Source of the DNA: Amoebophrya sp. A120
Taxonomy: Eukaryota > Protista > Dinoflagellata
Direction: 5' to 3'
Assembly: GCA_905178155.1 (NCBI GenBank)
Contig: CAJINV010000005.1
Coordinates: 228,254-292,253 of the forward strand
DNA length: 64,000 nt
Under the pieces are notes generated by a model. It was given only the letters and a program-made list of their open reading frames with translations. It was not told the DNA's origin and made no database searches. The number at the start of each line of letters is the position of its first letter. Positions within the stretch are counted from its first letter, which is position 1. Positions 60,901-64,000 of the stretch are shown here, piece by piece. The position numbers and the translations under genes are program-made.

Positions 60901-62438
60901 TATGCGAAGTGATCAATCCTTTTGCAATGTCCATAAGCAGCGACTTTCGACAATTGGTCTGCGGTGGTGAAGCCGATGGTGGACGCGCACAGTCAGGTGT
61001 TTATCTTTTTCTATCCTATGTAAAAACGTCCCCACCCCAGAGTTGTCGTGCAAATCTGCATGGTAAAAATGCTTCTCATGCGGAGCCCCATGAGAGGCAA
61101 TTTTTAGTCGTGTTTCGCAATTTGTCATGCTCCAATCGGCATGATGTGCTAGATCTGTGATGCTGCTGAACTAGCTAAACAGGATTACACTATGAGGCCA
61201 AATTTGTCATGCGGACCTCCGAAAACTTGGGGACTTGTGTTGCAGACTTTCCATCTTGACTATGGTGTGGGGATGTTTTTACATATGATATTTTCGCGAT
61301 CATCATCACGCTGATGAATTTCGGGCTCCTGAACATCGTGATTGGAATTTTTTGCGAGACGGCCTACGAAATTCTCGAAGAACGAAGAAAACAAACGGAC
61401 ATGCGGCGGTACTCGCAGATGCGTGGAGACATGGTACTGTCGATAGTGTATGTAAGTGCGTGCTGTATGTCTAGCAGGTCTGCTGGGGACCGGGATTGCG
61501 GCTATTTCGACAATCACGCGTTTGAGGATTGAACGGAATATTTGTGAAGGTATTAGTTTCGTTCATCTATTTACCATGCAGTCGCTTTCCTTTTACAGTG
61601 GTACCGCAAACCACATTCAGGGCGGGCTTCGATCAAGGTTGGCCGCCTACGTATCGCTCGACGCGGAAGGCGAGGTCTGGATTGACCGCAGACTAATCGA
61701 CAAAATGTTCGAAAGCAACACCGTATCCAGTGGTGCAGCGAGTCATTCATGAGCAGGGTCGTCGAGGAATTACCAACTGAAATTAAGATGCGAACGATGG
61801 AGGATATGATGTCACGTCGTGTAGAAAATCCTGCTCTCGTGTATGCATCCTTCGTGTGACAGACGCAGAAGATAATAAAACCCAAGAAATGTCGAAGATT
61901 TCTATACACTATCAAAAAATGAATCTGCACTTTGGTATTGTTTCTCGACTGATCATGTCCTAACTCAGCGAGTTGCACCGGTGGATACGCCAATTCAAGC
62001 AGTCGGGACGGCGACCAAAGCGCGGCGCTGCAGATAGCCGGCATGAAGTCCAGTCAGGTGCAAATGATTTTGGATCTGTTAGACGTGGACCCGCTGGACC
62101 AACGAGGCGAGCAGTCCATGTCCGAGTTCTTCACGGCGCTAGAAGCGTGGCAGAGGCAGCACGTGCAGGCCATTGACGTGTTTGCGTTGCGGGTTCACTC
62201 CGAAACGTTGCTGCGCAAGGTCCGGCTACTGGAGGATCTGGTGGCGTCTGTCTCGCGGGAGTACGAGCGATGTCTATCACCTTGCACAACATCCTCACAA
62301 CCCGCTCCTGCTTGTGTGGTCGTACTTTCTCAACAGGGTCACAAACTGCACAACGTCCCCACCGCGCTTGCAAACCTGGCCTTAGCTTCTGCATCCTCTG
62401 ATTGCATGATAAATTCCGCAAGTCGCGCAAACGTTTAA
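54976..62438 (+). CDS. Two-repeat (2x6TM) voltage-gated cation channel-like protein, 3' end uncertain
   Basis: After splicing: S2 FSVEWVLRF, S3 DSWMIIDILL, S4 FRAFRIFRLARLVRVFK, pore LLATASGW, S6 GIFNMIIG. Second repeat: FIGENLLR, DPYCALD, pore YFGTLASSSLTVMQI.TFDNW, S6 FGLLNIVIG. Contains nine introners. Confidence 0.85.
55134..55383. mobile_element. Introner/MITE family A, 250 bp, TSD AAGCA
   Basis: TIR plus TSD; excision gives MSRKQYLEN. Confidence 0.95.
55547..55808. mobile_element. Introner/MITE family A, 262 bp, TSD GGACA
   Basis: TIR plus TSD; excision gives IGLEDSYNYE. Confidence 0.95.
55870..56132. mobile_element. Introner/MITE family A, 263 bp, TSD AGTGC
   Basis: TIR (right copy has small insertions) plus TSD; excision gives YIFECLFFVLF. 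Confidence 0.93.
56222..56482. mobile_element. Introner/MITE family A, 261 bp, TSD GCTGG
   Basis: TIR (right end GACA) plus TSD; excision gives EDSWMIID; inverted relative to the 55134 copy. Confidence 0.93.
58251..58560. mobile_element. Introner/MITE family D, 310 bp, TSD GCGTA
   Basis: TIR TATCGAAAGGAAAAATCCCCCCTC / GAGGGGGGATTTTCCCCTACGATA; excision gives RAAYPDQIA. Confidence 0.95.
59163..59279. mobile_element. Introner/MITE family E, 117 bp, TSD CGGGA
   Basis: TIR shared with the 30231 copy; excision gives ARRREQQRQ. Confidence 0.93.
59968..60262. mobile_element. Introner/MITE family F, 295 bp, TSD GGGGT
   Basis: TIR TACTGCAATGAAAAATGCCCCCACCCC / GGGGTGGGGGCACTTTTCACTGTAATA; excision gives FDEGWLLLQG. 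Confidence 0.93.
60321..60582. mobile_element. Introner/MITE family A, 262 bp, TSD TGGGG
   Basis: TIR plus TSD; excision gives LFWVGVGSAIL. Confidence 0.95.
61012..61290. mobile_element. Introner/MITE family C, 279 bp, TSD TTTTC
   Basis: TIR plus TSD; excision gives VFIFFAIIITL (S6 helix). Confidence 0.95.
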
Positions 62439-62859
62439 TATCTTGCCCTACTGCGGACCAGTCCTCAATAGATAAGTGGGAGAGCAGCAGGAGGTTGTTG
62501 TGCGTCTCCATACTGTCTGCCGCGGATGCACGAGGATTTGAAACACGCAAAGGAGAAGCTATATCCGGAACTCATCCGGCCAGAGTCAGGCCTAAAGTAT
62601 GTCAAATAAAGCACTTAGCTGCACCGAGACCGTCTGAGAAAGTTACTGCAACCGCGTTCCTCTTCCATTTTTGAAAAAGTCGATCCATAGGACAAGACGA
62701 AGATCAACATGATCAACATTCCAATGCGGTATAATTTGATAGAGTGCGAGATCGGGGAGTAGCGGAGCAACACGAATGGTCTCTAGATAAGAACATCGCT
62801 TTAGTTAAACACACATCATGATATCAACCGTGCAGCGCTTTAGGCCTCTTGCATACCAG

Positions 62860-63566
62860 GGGGGCTATCTTGAAAACGCTGACCGCCCAGCGGATGCACC
62901 GTGCCTTGGGCGAGACGCGGCGAAAACAGCTGCTGAAGAAGGCCGAGCAGGACCTAGAGCGGAGTCGGAAGGAAATCCGGGAGTCCGGTGCGGTCGAGGA
63001 GGAGTTGGGACACGTGTACCTCGCCAACCGGGACCTGCAGCGACGCAAATACGAAGAGGAAAACGCGGCGGAGAATGATCTCAGCTGCACGTTGGCGCCC
63101 GCGACCAATTTCCGCTTTCACGAGTGGGGGCGCCGGTCCCGCGCCTGCAAGGCGACGAAAAAACTCTCACAGGACTTCGCGGTCGCGCAGAAAAAAAACA
63201 AAAAGCTGAAGCAAGACGTATCAATGCCCGTTTTTGAATTTGTATACTATTAGGCACGCCATGAGATGCGAGCGTCAGACTTACTTTTTTTCGCAAAGCA
63301 GACGAGAGAAGAACATAGGTAGTGTACGATTAACACCAATCCAAGAGATGAAACTTCCTCCCATACATCAGCTCCAACGCGCACTCTACACGGCGTCCTT
63401 GCGCGAGCGAGAGATTCGCACGTCTCTCCGGTCCGAGCAGCGGGCGGCGAGTCAAACGCAGAAGAGTTTGCAGGCGAAGTCCGCAGTTCGAGAGACAAAC
63501 GGGGCCGACCAAACGCCCATCGATTCCGCACGGAGCGGGGTCTTTGCGGGCCTGTTTGGAAGCTAG
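62860..63566 (+). CDS. Coiled-coil coding exons, either the channel C-terminus or a separate gene
   Basis: ORFs 62849-63253 and 63234-63566 can join through a phase-0 GT-AG intron; the upstream link was not resolved. Confidence 0.5.
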
Positions 63567-64000
63567 ACGCGGCGCGATGCTGGAGGAGACTTCGAAGAGG
63601 GCCAGTGAAGTCGCAGTAATATGCCGCTTTTCTGCTGGCGCGGTCCTGTTTCAGGGTATGCCGCACGGTTTTCTTTTCCTAACTTTTTTTCAAGATGTGG
63701 AGCAATCATCCAAGCAAGGAAAAGGACCCAAGCACAAGAACGTCGTTTTCCTTTATTTTCACCAGAAGTGTACAACAGTACAAAGAGATAGACTCGAGTT
63801 TTATTGATATCACATCAGAGAAAACAATGGAAGCTGCATCTGACAGAGCTTAAGCAACAGGTAACAGCAATGGATTTTACCATCTTCGCAACAGAATCAA
63901 AAAGACCAGCAGGCATACTACGCTGGCAGGGAAAGATTTCCACATCAACGCGATTGTGTAGCTTGAATCGAGCGTCGCAAGAAAAAGCTGCTAGAAGAAG

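Noticed and set aside
4145-62438. Treating element-interrupted genes as pseudogenes
   Set aside because: Reconstructed exons show no stops or frameshifts across 24 insertions, which is unlikely for decaying genes; RNA confirmation is still needed.

Overview
Eukaryotic, intron-containing protist DNA. By inference it is most like the parasitic dinoflagellate Amoebophrya (Syndiniales), for which non-canonical introns with inverted and direct repeats have been reported; no marker gene in the window confirms this. The dominant signal is 26 MITE-like insertions (117-322 bp) in six unrelated families. They share TAT...ATA termini, terminal inverted repeats (TIRs) and 5-bp target-site duplications (TSDs). 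Of these, 24 sit inside coding exons, and removing the element plus one TSD copy restores the reading frame in every case. None can be read as GT-AG in that register, and they occur in both orientations relative to the host gene. They therefore look like transposon-derived, structure-defined non-canonical introns (introners) coexisting with ordinary GT-AG introns. Two further non-canonical introns with decayed inverted repeats look like aged members. Genes form two unidirectional blocks (minus strand 1-25.6 kb, plus strand 29-63.6 kb) that diverge from a strand-switch region with an A-tract core and mirror G/C tracts. Recognisable products are a CCCH zinc-finger protein, a NEK kinase, a PKA-R-like protein, a TM2/J-domain protein, an SLC35-like transporter, an F-box/ankyrin protein and a two-repeat voltage-gated channel. 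No transposase was found in the window. All gene models were spliced by eye, without RNA evidence.
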